This document shows, piece after piece, positions 1 to 10,067 of a DNA stretch of 64,000 bases. Origin of the DNA: an uncultured Acidobacteriaceae bacterium (GTDB lineage: Bacteria > Acidobacteriota > Terriglobia > Terriglobales > Acidobacteriaceae); contig CAWDXI010000002.1 in assembly GCA_963806195.1 (NCBI GenBank), positions 1,335,493 to 1,399,492 on the forward strand, given 5' to 3'. The position numbers and the translations under genes are program-made. Under the pieces are notes generated by a model that did no database searches, was not told the DNA's origin, and was given only the letters and a program-made list of their open reading frames with translations. The stretch's first letter is position 1. Every line of letters begins with the position of its first letter.

Positions 1-968
1 CCGAGCATGGTCTTCGCCAGGTCGGATGGGATATTGAAATCCTTGACGGTCCCGATCAGGTTGTACGCCCGCTCCGGTTGTGTCTTGATAAACTCAACGC
101 CTTCGAGCCAGCCCTGGGCGAACTTCAGCAAGGTTTGCGGATGCTTGGCAGAGAAGCTGTCACTCACCACCAGAATGTCGGCGATGAGGCGGTTAGCGAT
201 CTTCGTATCGTAGATCTTCTTCGATCCGGGGCGCTTGGAGACTGCGTCGCTCATATCAGGATCCCAGGCAACGGCTGCGTCGACCTTCTCCTGGGCGAAG
301 AGGGTTGCCGGCTCGATGCCATCCTTGGTGTGGACGGCCTGGTTGAAGATTTCGTTTCTTTGCTCCGTGCCAAGGCCGGAAGTCTTGAGTCCATTCCACA
401 GCAAGAAGTGCGACGGAGTATAAGGAGCAAAAGCCACTTTCTTTCCGTCCAAGTCTTCGATGCTGTTGATTCCCTGTTTGCCGATGACGCCATCGGCGCC
501 GCGTGACCAGTCCACCATCAGAAACGCATGCGATCCGAATCCTCTTTCCTTGAACTGGGCGTAGTCTTTGGCGTACACATCTGCGGTCGTGAGCATGACG
601 TCGACGTTATTAGTTGCCAGGGCGGCTGCTCCTTCCGTCCAATCGTCGATGATCTTGAAGGAAACCTTGAGTCCTTTCTTGTCGTAGATGGAGTCGGGGA
701 GTGTGTCGAGCCCGCCATTTGCCACCAGGCCGCCGACGCAACCGACCCACACGTTGACGCGCACCCGGACCTCGGCATCGCTGCTCGTCGAAGACGCCGG
801 CAGCAATAGAGGCTTGGAAGCATCCACAGTCTCCCCGCTACCGGAGCCGCTTTTGCCGCCAGTCCACTTGCTGAAATCTATGACACCGTATCGATTCAGG
901 CTGTAGCCAACCAGGGCTACGCCAATCAGGAAAATAAGAACCCATCCCCCTCTTTCAATTTTTACCAT
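1..968 (-). CDS. ABC-transporter substrate-binding protein, NMT1/THI5-like (nitrate/sulfonate/bicarbonate type); 3' end runs off the window
   Basis: Absent from the ORF track because it has no stop inside the window. The minus-strand ATG at 968-966 opens MVKIERGGWVLIFLIGVALVGYSL (N-terminal anchor). The frame continues through VNVWVGCVGGLVANGGLD, KVSFKIIDDWTEGAAALATNNVDVMLTTADVYAKDY, GKKVAFAPYTPSHFLLW and WDPDMSDAV, uninterrupted to position 3. Confidence 0.8.
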   Translation of the reverse strand, partial: MVKIERGGWVLIFLIGVALVGYSLNRYGVIDFSKWTGGKSGSGSGETVDASKPLLLPASSTSSDAEVRVRVNVWVGCVGGLVANGGLDTLPDSIYDKKGLKVSFKIIDDWTEGAAALATNNVDVMLTTADVYAKDYAQFKERGFGSHAFLMVDWSRGADGVIGKQGINSIEDLDGKKVAFAPYTPSHFLLWNGLKTSGLGTEQRNEIFNQAVHTKDGIEPATLFAQEKVDAAVAWDPDMSDAVSKRPGSKKIYDTKIANRLIADILVVSDSFSAKHPQTLLKFAQGWLEGVEFIKTQPERAYNLIGTVKDFNIPSDLAKTML

Positions 969-1034
969 ACCATTTTCCTCCGCGGCCCTTTCGCAGCCGC
1001 TCGCATCTATAACTTGTATTCTCTAAACTGTCCT

Positions 1035-1769
1035 CTAAGAAGTTCGTTGTGGTTCCTTCGCCGCGATTGTCTTCTCTCCAGTACCTGGTGCCGCGGCTTG
1101 TGGTGCAGCCAAGCCCATCTCAATTTTGAATTGCTTAACCAGTTCGGCGGCCTGGAGTTTCTGGGCGTCGTCCTCGATCTTGAACTTCTGTTGATCCACA
1201 TTGCTCATCGCCATATCCATACGAGCTTCGTTGACCGCGGTCATCTCTTCAATCTTGCGCACCATCTCATCATGGGTTTGGCTGATGCCCGCCACTTCGA
1301 ACTGTTCCATGGCATCGGCAACCTTTTTCTGCCACTGCGCGCGACGGTAGTCGGCGATCGCGTTGAGCGCCTCCTGCGTTTTGCGTTCCTTCTCTTGCAT
1401 GAACGCCTGCTTCACGGTCATGGCTTTGTCAAAGGCGGCACGCGCCGTGGTGAGCTGTCCCTGAGTCCTGGCCAGAGCACTCCTGGTCTGCTCGAGCTGG
1501 GCGGCGAAGCTTCCGGCCAGATCGTCGCGGTTGGCCTGGATCGCGGCTTTCACCTTCGCGGTCAGCCCGGCCATGTCGTTCTTGTACTTGGCTTCCTCCT
1601 TTTCCAGCAGCGTCACGTTGGCCTTCACCATCGCGATGCTTTCATTCATCCGAGGCACCTGGTCATTCATGTCGCGGATATTTTGCTGGAGAATGAGTTC
1701 CGGATCCTCCGCCACCGAAATGAAGAAACCGATAAAAGACCGCACCACCCTGGTCAACCGTTGCCACAT
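1035..1769 (-). CDS. pspA: PspA/IM30 (Vipp1) family membrane-stress protein
   Basis: 244-aa ORF. The N-terminus is MWQRLTRVVRSFIGFFISVAEDPELILQQNIRDMNDQVPRMNESIAMVKAN, followed by long coiled-coil heptads. This is the typical PspA/IM30 signature. Confidence 0.92.
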   Translation of the reverse strand: MWQRLTRVVRSFIGFFISVAEDPELILQQNIRDMNDQVPRMNESIAMVKANVTLLEKEEAKYKNDMAGLTAKVKAAIQANRDDLAGSFAAQLEQTRSALARTQGQLTTARAAFDKAMTVKQAFMQEKERKTQEALNAIADYRRAQWQKKVADAMEQFEVAGISQTHDEMVRKIEEMTAVNEARMDMAMSNVDQQKFKIEDDAQKLQAAELVKQFKIEMGLAAPQAAAPGTGEKTIAAKEPQRTS

Positions 1770-1782
1770 AAACTCCTCCTAG

Positions 1783-2463
1783 TCAGGAACGCTGCGCTGT
1801 TTTCGGTGTGGGCGGCGGCGCATTCACATCGCCCGTCGTAATGGGGTTTTCGCTGACAAAGTATCCGACCGCCTCAGCGATCTTCTTTTCTTCCTGCTGT
1901 TTCTTCAGCCGCCAGCCGGTGAAGCGCTCTTTCTCCCGCGATACTTCTTCGTTGTTGCCCTGGATCTTTGCTCTCTGCTCGGTCACGTACTTATCGATCT
2001 GCGCCTGAATCTCGCTGTTCTCCTTGGTCTTGCGTGCTTCCAGTTCGTCGGCCGCACGCTGTTGCACGCGCTCATAGGTGTCAAGGGCGCGGTCGCGCCG
2101 AACCGCATCCTGGATGACTTCCTTTACGTCCACGCCCGCGGCATCAAGCGCGACCAGAACCGAAGAGCGTTTCACGTCCGAAGGCAAATTGCGAATATGC
2201 TCGCTCTCCAGCATCTGCGAGATCTTGAGGATGGAATAGCCTTGCGGTGCGGGTGGAATTTCCGCAGCCTTGTAGATCTCCTCGAACGAAGTGGGATCGG
2301 AGACCGGCGTAGTAAATTTCGGCTCTGTGGCTATGCTGGATGCGATCTCAGCCACGCTCTGAGCCGCGCTCTTAGCGGCGGCCGAAGCGTTCCTTGCATT
2401 CGGGGGGCTTTGCTGGGTGCCGGCGTCAACGGAAACAATGTAGTTGTACCACTTCTTGGACAT
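1783..2463 (-). CDS. Hypothetical coiled-coil protein, first gene of the pspA operon
   Basis: 226-aa ORF ending 13 nt upstream of the pspA start, on the same strand. The C-terminal half is charged and coiled-coil-like (ELEARKTKENSEIQAQIDKYVTEQRAKIQ). I recognise no family. Confidence 0.7.
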   Translation of the reverse strand: MSKKWYNYIVSVDAGTQQSPPNARNASAAAKSAAQSVAEIASSIATEPKFTTPVSDPTSFEEIYKAAEIPPAPQGYSILKISQMLESEHIRNLPSDVKRSSVLVALDAAGVDVKEVIQDAVRRDRALDTYERVQQRAADELEARKTKENSEIQAQIDKYVTEQRAKIQGNNEEVSREKERFTGWRLKKQQEEKKIAEAVGYFVSENPITTGDVNAPPPTPKTAQRS

Positions 2464-2543
2464 TCTGCCTCCCGGGGACGCAACCTTCGCGTGTCAGGGT
2501 TCAGCGCAACTACAACTATAGAAAGGAAAGAGGGTGACCTTGA

Positions 2544-2572
2544 AAACTACGACCCAGCGCGTTGTTTGTCAA
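2544..2572 (-). promoter_or_regulatory. Candidate sigma70-type promoter for the 2463-start operon
   Basis: The minus strand reads TTGACA (2572-2567), a 17-nt spacer, then TAGTTT (2549-2544), about 75 nt upstream of the ATG at 2463. Motif match only. Confidence 0.3.
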
Positions 2573-2774
2573 TTGTTTTCATAGAGTTCCAACCCCGCTG
2601 AACAAACCCCCTGGCGAAGCTGGCGTCCCGTCCTGTCTGCATTCAGTACACCGGTGACGTGAGCCAATGTAATGCGATCTTTGGCGCTGTGCAATTCAGA
2701 TAGAATGAACACTTTGCCTGTTCAAATTGACCTTTGTTTCTGAACTATTAAAGACCCTTCTTTGAGGAACTCCC

Positions 2775-3239
2775 GTGCCTACCAACGACATTTCCTCCAT
2801 ATTGAGCCGAGTCGTGGAATCGAAGACCGAGTACGACACACGTTTGCTCGCCCAACAGCTGGGGACTAACTATCGCTCACTCATGTACTGGCTTCGAGGG
2901 GAGCAGCCGCTGCCCGCGCATCTGCTGCCGCGGATGTGCGTCCTCCTCGACAATTGTGAAGTCCTTGATTTTCTTGAAAGCCAGGCAGGGCGGGTGGCGT
3001 TCAAGCTGCCGGATCCCAATGTGACGCTGGAAAAGGAACTGGTTGCCATATCCAACCTTATAAAAGAGGTCGGGGAGGCGCTGGAGAGCGTCGCGGAAAC
3101 TCTGGCTGACGGCGTGGTCGAGGAAAATGAGCTGAGGCTGACCATTCCTAAACTCGAAGGCGTCATTCAGGAGTGTGCGTCCTTGAAATACGTGCTGGAA
3201 GACCTCTGCAAGAAGAGAAAGAAAAAGACAAAGAGCTAA
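2775..3239 (+). CDS. Phage CII (CP76)-like regulatory protein, putative
   Basis: 154-aa ORF with a GTG start. An HTH-like N-terminus (LLAQQLGTNYRSLMYWLRGEQPLPAHLLPRMCVLL) is followed by ADGVVEENELRLTIPKLEGVIQE and a basic tail. This resembles the CII/CP76 pattern as I remember it. Confidence 0.55.
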   Translation: MPTNDISSILSRVVESKTEYDTRLLAQQLGTNYRSLMYWLRGEQPLPAHLLPRMCVLLDNCEVLDFLESQAGRVAFKLPDPNVTLEKELVAISNLIKEVGEALESVAETLADGVVEENELRLTIPKLEGVIQECASLKYVLEDLCKKRKKKTKS

Positions 3240-3529
3240 CCTGCAGGAACACGCTGAGGGTCCCTAAGCTTGGTTGCCGGCCTTCCGCAGAGATGGTGAC
3301 ACTCAGTGTTAATCCGCAACCACTCGACGGTTCCCGAGTTGTCGGCCAGCCTTACCTTACCGGATTGTGGAAGGTTGCCCGTCACACAGGAACAATCGTC
3401 CAGAACCTGCGTGTGCGTAGCATCACTGACACCTGATCCGTCCCGGTTGCAAACTTGCAACGTATTTATCCCAGCAAGTGTCTAGAACGTAATTTGCCGC
3501 ATCCCTCCACGTCTCATGGAGGTCCTCGG

Positions 3530-6169
3530 ATGATTGGCGAGAAGTCAGCCACGCCGCACACCGCCGGAGAGACTCTGGGCCATTATCGCGTCATAGAGAA
3601 GATCGGTGCCGGCGGAATGGGCGAAGTCTATCGCGCCCGCGACGAGCACCTCGCCCGCGATGTTGCCATCAAAGTTCTTCCGCCCGGTACGCTAACTGAC
3701 GAATCAGCCCGCAAGCATTTCCACAAAGAAGCTCTGATTCTCTCGCAGCTCAACCATCCCAATGTCGCCACTATTTATGACTTCGACACGCAGCAGGGAG
3801 TGGACTTCTTGGTGATGGAATACATCCCCGGGATCACACTCAGCGAGAAGGTGGCTGCCGGACCGCTGCCGGAAAGGGAAGTCCTCCGGCTGGGAGTGCA
3901 ACTGGCCGAAGGGCTCGCGGCGGCGCATGAGCAAGGGGTAATTCACCGGGATCTGAAGCCGGGCAACGTGCGGGTGACGGCTGACGGGCGGGTGAAGATC
4001 CTGGACTTCGGGCTGGCGAAGCTGGTGGGGCCGTTCGGCGGGACGGAATCGACGCAGTCCCTGGGTGAAAGTCAGACCGTTGCGGGCACCCTGCCGTACA
4101 TGGCGCCCGAACAGTTGCGGGGACAGGCCTGCAATGTGCGGACTGACATCTACAGCGCCGGAGCCGTGCTCTACGAGATGGTAACTGGGCAGCGTGTGTT
4201 CCCCGGCGCCCAGAGCGGGGAGTTAGTCAACGCCATCTTTCACCGCGAACCAACGCCTGTCGGGAAGGTGAACTCCAAGGTGTCGCTCGCACTGGAAGCG
4301 GTGATCGGCAAAGCGCTGGAGAAGAATCCGGCGCGCCGACAGCAGAGCGCGCGCGGGTTGCTGGCCGATCTGCAAGCACTGGCGGCTTCAAGCGACGCGG
4401 TAGCTCCGGCAGCGGCAATGCAATGGTTCGGATGGGTGAAGTGGCGCATGCGACGGCGGTACCGCGCGTTGCTGGTCGCGGCCGCGTTCATTCTGGCGGC
4501 GCTGGTGGGCATGGTCTGGCTGTCCGGCCGTACGCCGGCCCTGGCTTTTGCGGCGCGAGATTTCGTACTGGTCAGCGATTTTGAGAACCAGACGGGCGAC
4601 CCGGTATTCGACAAGTCGTTGACGACGGCATTCACGACCAGCCTGGGGCAGTCGAGCTACGCCAATATCTACTCGCGGCTGCGCATAGCCGATTCTTTGA
4701 AGCGAATGGAAAAGCCCACGGTCAACCGGATCGACGAACCGTTGGCGCAAGAGATCGCCGTGCGGGAAGGGCTGAAAGTGATTGTCTTGCCGAGCATCAG
4801 CGGCGTCGGAGAAAACTACCGTATCGCGGCTAGTATCCGCGACGTGGCTTCAGGCAAAGACGTAAAGACCGAGTTTGTGAAAGCCCATGGCAAAGACAAG
4901 GTCCTCGATGCGGTAGACACGCTCTCCGCTGCGATTCGCAAGGACCTGGGCGAGAGCTTGCAGACCGTCTCGCAAAGCAAGCGACTCAGCTCGGTGACCA
5001 CGCAGTCGCTGGACGCGCTGCGGCAGTACTCGATCGCGACGGAGAGGGCCTTAGCGCTTCGATGGGACGAGGCGAAGGTGTATCTTGAAAACGCACTGCG
5101 CATCGATCCCACGTTCACGGCCGCCCGCGCCTCTCTAGGCATGATGCACGTGGAACAAGCCATGAACGGCTTGCCTCATTTTGATGGCGAAGAGGGCAAA
5201 CGCCTGCTGAGCGAGGCCGTGAAGCATGTGGACGGACTTACCGACCGGGAGAAATACGGCATCCTGGCGTTTCATGCCCGGGCGGTGGAAAAGAATCCGG
5301 AACGCGCAATCGGATACCTGAAAACCCTGATAGCGCTGTACCCCGACGACTCCGTCACTCACGTGAGCCTGGGCCGGACATACCTTCAGATGGGGCGCGT
5401 GCCGGAGGCGCTTGCGGAGTTCAAAGAAGCAATCCGGATCGATCCGAGATTCGTTCTCGCATACGCGAATGTAGGGGCCACCTACCTGTACCAGATGGGC
5501 GACGTCGCCTCGGCTCTGCCGGTGTGTCAGAAAATCCTGCAACTTGATCCGGGAAACGCCTGGGCGCAAGACTGTATTGGCTGGTCGTACTTTGCGAAGA
5601 ACGATCTTCCGCAGGCGCAAGCCGCGTTCGAGAAGGCGGTAGCGGCCAATCCGCAGGGAATCCTATCCCGCTACCGGTTGGCGCACACGCACCGGGCACA
5701 AGGCCACTACCGGCAGGCAATCGAAACGCTACAGCAGATCCAGAAGGTCGATCCGAGCGAAACCTCGGTGTTCTACGACATGGGAGTTGTATATGAGCGG
5801 ATGGGAGATCGCCAGAAAGCGCGCGAGTCTTTCACCCGCTTTCGCCGCGAGGTGGAAACGCATGAAAAAAAAACGTTGCATGAGCCGGGCACAGAACTGG
5901 TGCTAGCCGCAGACTGCGCGCGCCTTGGGGAAACCGAGCGCGCCCGGCAATTGCTCCGCAAGGCCATCGCGAAAGCGCCCCAGCTTCACCTGGAGGCGGC
6001 GTTTGTGCTCAGCCTGCTGGACGAGAAGAAAAAAGCGGTTGACCAACTGGAGCTGGCGATCCAGAACGGGTACACCAATTACATCTGGCTGATGATGAAT
6101 CCGGACCTGCTGCCGCTGCACGGATATCCGATGTTTGAGCAGTTGATGGGTAAGGTGTTAAAGACGTAG
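3530..6169 (+). CDS. Ser/Thr protein kinase with a transmembrane segment and C-terminal TPR repeats
   Basis: Kinase motifs are GAGGMGEVYRA, AIKVL, HRDLKPGNV, DFGLAK and LPYMAPE. A TM helix (ALLVAAAFILAALVGMVWL) and multiple TPR units follow. The ATG at 3530 (MIGEKSAT...) is preferred over the upstream TTG of the track ORF at 3455. Confidence 0.92.
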   Translation: MIGEKSATPHTAGETLGHYRVIEKIGAGGMGEVYRARDEHLARDVAIKVLPPGTLTDESARKHFHKEALILSQLNHPNVATIYDFDTQQGVDFLVMEYIPGITLSEKVAAGPLPEREVLRLGVQLAEGLAAAHEQGVIHRDLKPGNVRVTADGRVKILDFGLAKLVGPFGGTESTQSLGESQTVAGTLPYMAPEQLRGQACNVRTDIYSAGAVLYEMVTGQRVFPGAQSGELVNAIFHREPTPVGKVNSKVSLALEAVIGKALEKNPARRQQSARGLLADLQALAASSDAVAPAAAMQWFGWVKWRMRRRYRALLVAAAFILAALVGMVWLSGRTPALAFAARDFVLVSDFENQTGDPVFDKSLTTAFTTSLGQSSYANIYSRLRIADSLKRMEKPTVNRIDEPLAQEIAVREGLKVIVLPSISGVGENYRIAASIRDVASGKDVKTEFVKAHGKDKVLDAVDTLSAAIRKDLGESLQTVSQSKRLSSVTTQSLDALRQYSIATERALALRWDEAKVYLENALRIDPTFTAARASLGMMHVEQAMNGLPHFDGEEGKRLLSEAVKHVDGLTDREKYGILAFHARAVEKNPERAIGYLKTLIALYPDDSVTHVSLGRTYLQMGRVPEALAEFKEAIRIDPRFVLAYANVGATYLYQMGDVASALPVCQKILQLDPGNAWAQDCIGWSYFAKNDLPQAQAAFEKAVAANPQGILSRYRLAHTHRAQGHYRQAIETLQQIQKVDPSETSVFYDMGVVYERMGDRQKARESFTRFRREVETHEKKTLHEPGTELVLAADCARLGETERARQLLRKAIAKAPQLHLEAAFVLSLLDEKKKAVDQLELAIQNGYTNYIWLMMNPDLLPLHGYPMFEQLMGKVLKT

Positions 6170-6686
6170 CCGGTGATTTTCGAGACGGCAGCTCTTTCAG
6201 AGTTTTTGAACTCGACCATGAAAGGCGGCTCGAGGTTTTCGGCGATCGGCTTGTACTTGGCAGGCAACGGCTTCTGGGGAAGCGAAAAGTGCGGTTACGA
6301 TGGATAGTCGGCAAGCCGGAGAGCGCCGGGATAAACCGGCATGTTGTAGGGGATGAAAGAGCCCTACAGGAAAGGAAGCAGCGAATCCATCCTGGCCCCG
6401 AGTCTAGCAGGCGACACCGCGAGGTGTCGTTTGAAGCGTAGACAGGGGTATCGGTGGGCCGGGCTATTGAGCTTCGAAAAGCCGATGGAACAGGATGCCG
6501 ACTCCGTTCCGGTAGGGAGGAAGGCAACACGGCAACCACGTGAATCGCGAGTGGACTGTCGGTCCTGCGTAGTCTAAGAACCCGCGCACGCTGAGAAACA
6601 ACATGCACGAGAACCGGGAGATCTCCTGTACGTCTTGGTCGAAAGAACAAGACCGGTCCGCGAAGGCCATAAACCGAACGGCGGAC

Positions 6687-7322
6687 ATGAACGTACAGGA
6701 GAAGTCGGACTGTGCCGTAGTACCCGTGAACCAGTCGAACAAAGAAGAGCGATCTTCGGCGGAGACTGGGGAGGGAAGGGCACAGACTGAGGAGAACATC
6801 ATTCAATCACGCATGCGCCCGACACAGAGCGGGAAGCGTATGTCCCAGGGATTGGACGGTGTGCGGCAAGCGGCAAGAAAGAGGAAGCAGGAACGGTTCA
6901 CCGCTTTGCTCCACCATCTGAACGTCGGACTCCTCTGCGAGAGCTTTTACGCACTCAAGCGTCAGGCTTCTCCCGGAGTCGATGGCGTGACGTGGCAGGA
7001 GTATGAGACCGGATTGGAAGATCGGCTCGTTGATCTGCACAGTCGGGTGCATCATGGAGCGTATCGAGCCCAACCCTCACGACGAGTCTATATTCCGAAG
7101 GCTGACGGGCGACAACGTCCGTTAGGCATCGCGGCACTGGAGGACAAAATCGTTCAACAGGCCGTGGTGACGATTCTCAACCAGATCTATGAGATCGACT
7201 TCAAAGGCTTTTCGTACGGGTTTCGACCCGGTCGCAGCCCGCATCAAGCGCTGGACGCGCTGACGGCGGGCATCCAATGGAAACGAGTGAACTGGGTGCT
7301 CGATGCGGACATTCGTGGCTTC
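6687..7322 (+). pseudogene. Group II intron reverse transcriptase/maturase, N-terminal piece
   Basis: RFTALLHHLNVGLLCESFYALKRQASPGVDGVTWQEYE, RVYIPKADGRQRPLGIAALEDKIVQQAVV, SYGFRPGRSPHQAL and VLDADIRGF. Homology stops at codon 7320-7322. The rest of the track ORF (to 7382) is insertion sequence. Confidence 0.85.
7313..7322. repeat. TCGTGGCTTC, left copy of a 10-bp direct repeat bracketing the recombinase element
   Basis: The identical 10-mer recurs at 10057-10066. A third partial copy (TGGCTTC) lies at 7330-7336. Interpreted as att-arm similarity, not a target-site duplication. Confidence 0.6.
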
Positions 7323-7351
7323 TTGGATATGGCTTCATACTGCCCCCAGAT

Positions 7352-9562
7352 TCATGAAGTACTCTCAAACAGGTTCGGGTGATCGTCCACCACTCTGATT
7401 CGTAAGCCTTTACGACGTCCACGGGTTACTAACAAAGCTTCGAGCTCGCCACGCTTTACACGCTGCAACACGGTTTGGCGTGACACCCCAAGTTTCATCG
7501 TTGTTTCCAGCATGGGCAGATAGTCGGGCGGTGCTTGCTCGACAAAGCGTGCCCGCAGCTCATCGGTGATACGAATCTGCCAGGGCGCACCGGGCGTTAC
7601 TTGCTCACCGGCGATGAAACCATCATTCAGCCAGCGATGAATAGTGGAAGTGTTGATTCCCAGGATCTGCGCGGCTTTGCGAATCGTTGCCAGCTCCCCC
7701 GTGGGGGGCTCCACCGGCCGTCGGAATCGGGGAATGTTTCGATAGCGGCGGAGGCAGCCGACCTGATGAGCAGTAAAGCGTTCTCCGGTCGCCGTTTTTC
7801 GACCTTGACGATTCAGGATGCCGGCGATGACATCGTCGGAGTAATGAACAGCCAGGCGACGGAGCAAGGAGAGGGTATCTTCTTCGGTGCGTAGGCCACG
7901 CGGCTGGGAGCGCGGCAAGGAGAGATCTAGTTCGGTGAGCGTGCCGCCACGCCAGCGCAGAGTGAGATGAGCACGACGTTCGGGCCGATCGACGGTAACA
8001 ATCACTTCTTCCAGTAGAGTGCGCAAAAGCTCTTTGCGATCGCGATCCGTGGTGGTAGGCGCTGTCCAGACTTTGTTCAAATCGGAACCGAGAGATCGGA
8101 TCTTGTTTTTTTCTTCTGGGCCCAGAGCGCGAGGGCGTTGTTGTTCCCGCCGCTGGAGTTCTGCTTCGGCAGCAGCGAGATCGCGCAAACGTTTTTCCCA
8201 TTCTGTTTCCAACCCGCGCGCCACGAGCCGGTTTTCGGGCTCGACCGCACGATACTGGCGCTCCGCACGTTCTGCTTCGTAGCGAGCACGTTCCACCGCC
8301 AGGCGCCACTGACCGAGAGCTGCATCCTGGTCCGCTTCGAGTTGCTGTAGGGCAAGTTGCGTTGCTTCCACAGCCGCGGGCGTCACCGTTCGGAGAAAGG
8401 CCTCAACCACTGCCTGATCGATTTGCACGCCGCCGACGTTGAGACAGTACACGCCGCGTCCCTGGACGATATCCTTGCCGGAGCAATGGTAGCCGGGCGA
8501 GGAGTTTCTGCCGCGATAGTGAGTATGGAGTCGGCGGCCACACTTTCCACACGTGGCCAGGCCTTGCAGCAGCGCAGCGCCTTCTCTCACGGCACCTCCT
8601 GCTTGATGAGGTTGCGGATGAATGTTGGTGTCGATGCGGGCTTGGTTGGCTTGGAACATTGCCCAATCGATGAAGCCGGGATGGTGCTCGGGCAGAAGCA
8701 CGGACCACTCGGCCATGGGCAAATGACGAGTTCGTCTTCGGAGCATTCCTTGTTCATCGACATAACGTTGATGACGAGATTTTCCGTAGGCGTAAGCGCC
8801 AGCATACACCGGATTGGTGAGCACGTGATGGATGGCAGTGTAAGTCGGAGCGACCCAACGGATCTCACTTTTCATGTGGGCTCGCAGAGGGAAGGAAATA
8901 CCCTCGGAGCGGAACCAAAGCCAGACCTTGCGGACCGATCCAAGTTCCGTGAATTTAGAAAAGACCGTGCGGAGGGTGCTGACGACGGCTTCGTCGGGAT
9001 GAAAACGAACTTCGCCGTCCTCTTCTCCCCAAACGAAACCCACGGGTAACCCTCGGCGCAGTTCGCCGCGTGCGGCCTTATTGCGGATTCCACCGTCGAG
9101 TCGTGCACGCAGGATGTGCAGTTCTGCTTCCGACATAGTGCCCTTCAATCCGAGCACGAGACGATCGTTGAACAGTGCCGGATGATACACACCATCGCTG
9201 TCTCCGATCAGAGTGTCGGTTATGCCGCACAGATCGAGCAAGCGATACCAGTCGGCATTGTTGCGCGCCAGGCGGGAGACTTCCAGGCCGAGCACAATGC
9301 CCACATGCCCCAGAGCAACCTCTGCCGTCATATGCGCAAACCCGGAACGCTGCACCGATCCAGAACCGGATAAACCAAGATCTTGATCGATGACGATCAC
9401 TTGTTCCTTGGCCCAGCCCAGCTCGCAGGCTTTCTCGACCAAAGCGTACTGGCGAGCGGTGGACTCACGGTTGTACTCGACCTGCGAAGGACTGGATTGG
9501 CGAATATAGACGAAAGCAGCGCGTTGGGTATGACTTGGTTTTACTTTGCTGAAATCATTCAT
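7352..9562 (-). CDS. Large serine recombinase (resolvase catalytic domain, recombinase domain, zinc ribbon, coiled coil, two C-terminal excisionase-like HTH modules)
   Basis: 736 aa. AAFVYIRQSSPSQ carries the catalytic Ser context, followed by VLGLEVSRLARNNADWYRLLDLC. The Cys cluster is CGKCGRRLHTHY...YHCSG. The C-terminal modules are LATIRKAAQILGINTSTIHRWLNDG and MKLGVSRQTVLQRVKRGEL. Confidence 0.93.
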   Translation of the reverse strand: MNDFSKVKPSHTQRAAFVYIRQSSPSQVEYNRESTARQYALVEKACELGWAKEQVIVIDQDLGLSGSGSVQRSGFAHMTAEVALGHVGIVLGLEVSRLARNNADWYRLLDLCGITDTLIGDSDGVYHPALFNDRLVLGLKGTMSEAELHILRARLDGGIRNKAARGELRRGLPVGFVWGEEDGEVRFHPDEAVVSTLRTVFSKFTELGSVRKVWLWFRSEGISFPLRAHMKSEIRWVAPTYTAIHHVLTNPVYAGAYAYGKSRHQRYVDEQGMLRRRTRHLPMAEWSVLLPEHHPGFIDWAMFQANQARIDTNIHPQPHQAGGAVREGAALLQGLATCGKCGRRLHTHYRGRNSSPGYHCSGKDIVQGRGVYCLNVGGVQIDQAVVEAFLRTVTPAAVEATQLALQQLEADQDAALGQWRLAVERARYEAERAERQYRAVEPENRLVARGLETEWEKRLRDLAAAEAELQRREQQRPRALGPEEKNKIRSLGSDLNKVWTAPTTTDRDRKELLRTLLEEVIVTVDRPERRAHLTLRWRGGTLTELDLSLPRSQPRGLRTEEDTLSLLRRLAVHYSDDVIAGILNRQGRKTATGERFTAHQVGCLRRYRNIPRFRRPVEPPTGELATIRKAAQILGINTSTIHRWLNDGFIAGEQVTPGAPWQIRITDELRARFVEQAPPDYLPMLETTMKLGVSRQTVLQRVKRGELEALLVTRGRRKGLRIRVVDDHPNLFESTS

Positions 9563-9576
9563 GGCCCTTCTCCTCG

Positions 9577-10067
9577 TTATGACGTAGGGTTGCGTTCGCG
9601 ATGAGGCGCGCCAGGATGTTGATCGCGAGAAGCTTGTGTTCGTCGTGCAGTGTTTCCCACGGATAGGTTTCGTCGAGAAGAAGATCGAACAGGTTCCGAT
9701 TGTTTTCTTGCAATGGGGCCCTCCTTCGTTGCCGGGGAGTTGCCGTTCTCGCTTTGCAGTGCAGCGAGGCGACTGAGGAGAGCGTCTACGACGGCGCGTG
9801 CGTGAAGCAAGTCTTCCAGAGAGCCGAGGATTGCGGCCGTCTGTGCAGAGCGAACTTGTTGAGGTTGTGCCGTCGAGGCAAGATCTGTCCAGTCCACAGG
9901 GATCAGAGATTTACTGCCATCGGGCAAGATCAGAACGAGATGCAATCGACCTTTGCGATGAATCGATCCAAGAACGTCGAGCGCCCTGCCTTCGAACGGA
10001 TGGCGAGCACGGACAACGGTGACTCTCTCGGGAAGGTGCTGATGATGGGTAGTGTGTCGTGGCTTCC
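9577..10067 (-). CDS. Small recombinase-associated protein (DUF5372-like by recollection); N-terminus lacks a start codon in the integrated state
   Basis: The frame is open from the right junction: KPRHTTHHQHLPERVTVVRARHPFEGRALDVLGSIHRKGRLHLVLILPDGSKSLIPVDWTDL. The only canonical start inside is the TTG at 9945 (the track ORF 9577-9945), which would cut off the conserved HPFEG part. An in-frame TGA lies in the flank at 10104-10102. The ORF stops 14 nt before the recombinase ATG. Confidence 0.55.
10057..10066. repeat. TCGTGGCTTC, right copy of the 10-bp direct repeat
   Basis: Identical to 7313-7322. It is followed by C then TT, then the resumed RT frame. Confidence 0.6.

Larger units (their letters stand above)
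7323..10067 (-). mobile_element. Compact integrated element (2,745 bp) encoding a large serine recombinase plus one small accessory ORF
   Basis: Removing exactly 7323-10067 restores the RT frame as IRGF|FDNMNHEW. TT follows both junctions (7323-24 and 10068-69). The element is almost entirely coding. Confidence 0.7.

Noticed and set aside
1014-1841. 275-aa plus-strand ORF
   Set aside because: It is antisense to the unambiguous pspA gene, and its composition (runs of L, H and R) is that of a shadow frame.
6009-6806. 265-aa minus-strand ORF overlapping the kinase end and the intron 5' region
   Set aside because: The translation is Arg/Ser/Pro-rich and low-complexity with no recognisable motifs. 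It is antisense to a well-supported kinase gene and to structured intron RNA, which is a typical GC-rich shadow ORF.
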